From assembly GCA_019187225.1 (NCBI GenBank), contig JABAQQ010000008.1, positions 16,601 through 80,600 of the forward strand: a stretch of DNA of 64,000 nucleotides, in the 5' to 3' direction. The notes under the pieces are model-generated. The model searched no databases and had not been told where the DNA came from. It saw only the letters and a list, made by a program, of their open reading frames with translations. Below, in pieces: positions 63,971 through 64,000 of the stretch. Origin of the DNA: Saprospiraceae bacterium. Its GTDB lineage: Bacteria > Bacteroidota > Bacteroidia > Chitinophagales > Saprospiraceae. Made by a program: the position numbers and the translations under genes. How positions within the stretch are numbered: position 1 is the first letter of the stretch; the number at the start of each line of letters is the position of its first letter.

Positions 63971-64000
63971 ATGGAGAAATGAAGGGTATTTTGAAAAAAG

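Overview
This is 64 kb of a Bacteroidota-type chromosome. The evidence for that is the gliding genes gldC and gldD, five T9SS C-terminal-domain cargo proteins, TTG/TAnnTTTG promoter motifs and DUF4199/DUF2480/DUF4382-style genes. GC looks mid-50s percent by eye. Coding content is mostly housekeeping: yidD, rnpA-rpmH, one tRNA(CAU), scpB, prmC, lepB, a DsbD-like reductase, Ppx/GppA and a YumC-type FNR. There are also a small 2Fe-2S ferredoxin, an FAD/2Fe-2S reductase, three ABC ATPases (two MsbA-like, one ABC-F) and M48, rhomboid, M23, M20 and M50 peptidases. The rest includes an FKBP, an orphan histidine kinase, an AddB-like PD-(D/E)XK nuclease and a 1095-aa secreted TPR-CHAT protein. I saw no rRNA, no CRISPR array, no intact transposase or integrase, and no recognisable multi-gene defence island. 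The unusual content is non-coding. Many intergenic spacers, including most of the short ones, are largely filled by 6-8 nt microsatellite arrays from a few families: GCAGTG, GGATTGG/GGATTGC, GGTGGAC/GGTAGAC, ACGTTGG/ACTATTGG, and a TTGGACAT-type 22-mer. These usually occur as inverted pairs abutting start and stop codons, and all seven pairs have the G/T-rich arm 5-prime. The same repeats also occur in frame inside genes: the GldD signal-peptide core, a (GS)10 linker in the ABC-F protein, and inserts in PrmC and a GT87-like protein. One pair brackets an Avd-like four-helix-bundle gene. In addition there are three kinds of long MITE-like palindromes, two perfect 77-nt palindromes upstream of lepB, a dispersed ~100-nt element, and decayed toxin-antitoxin and Uma2 remnants. 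All family calls come from reading the translations, with no database search.
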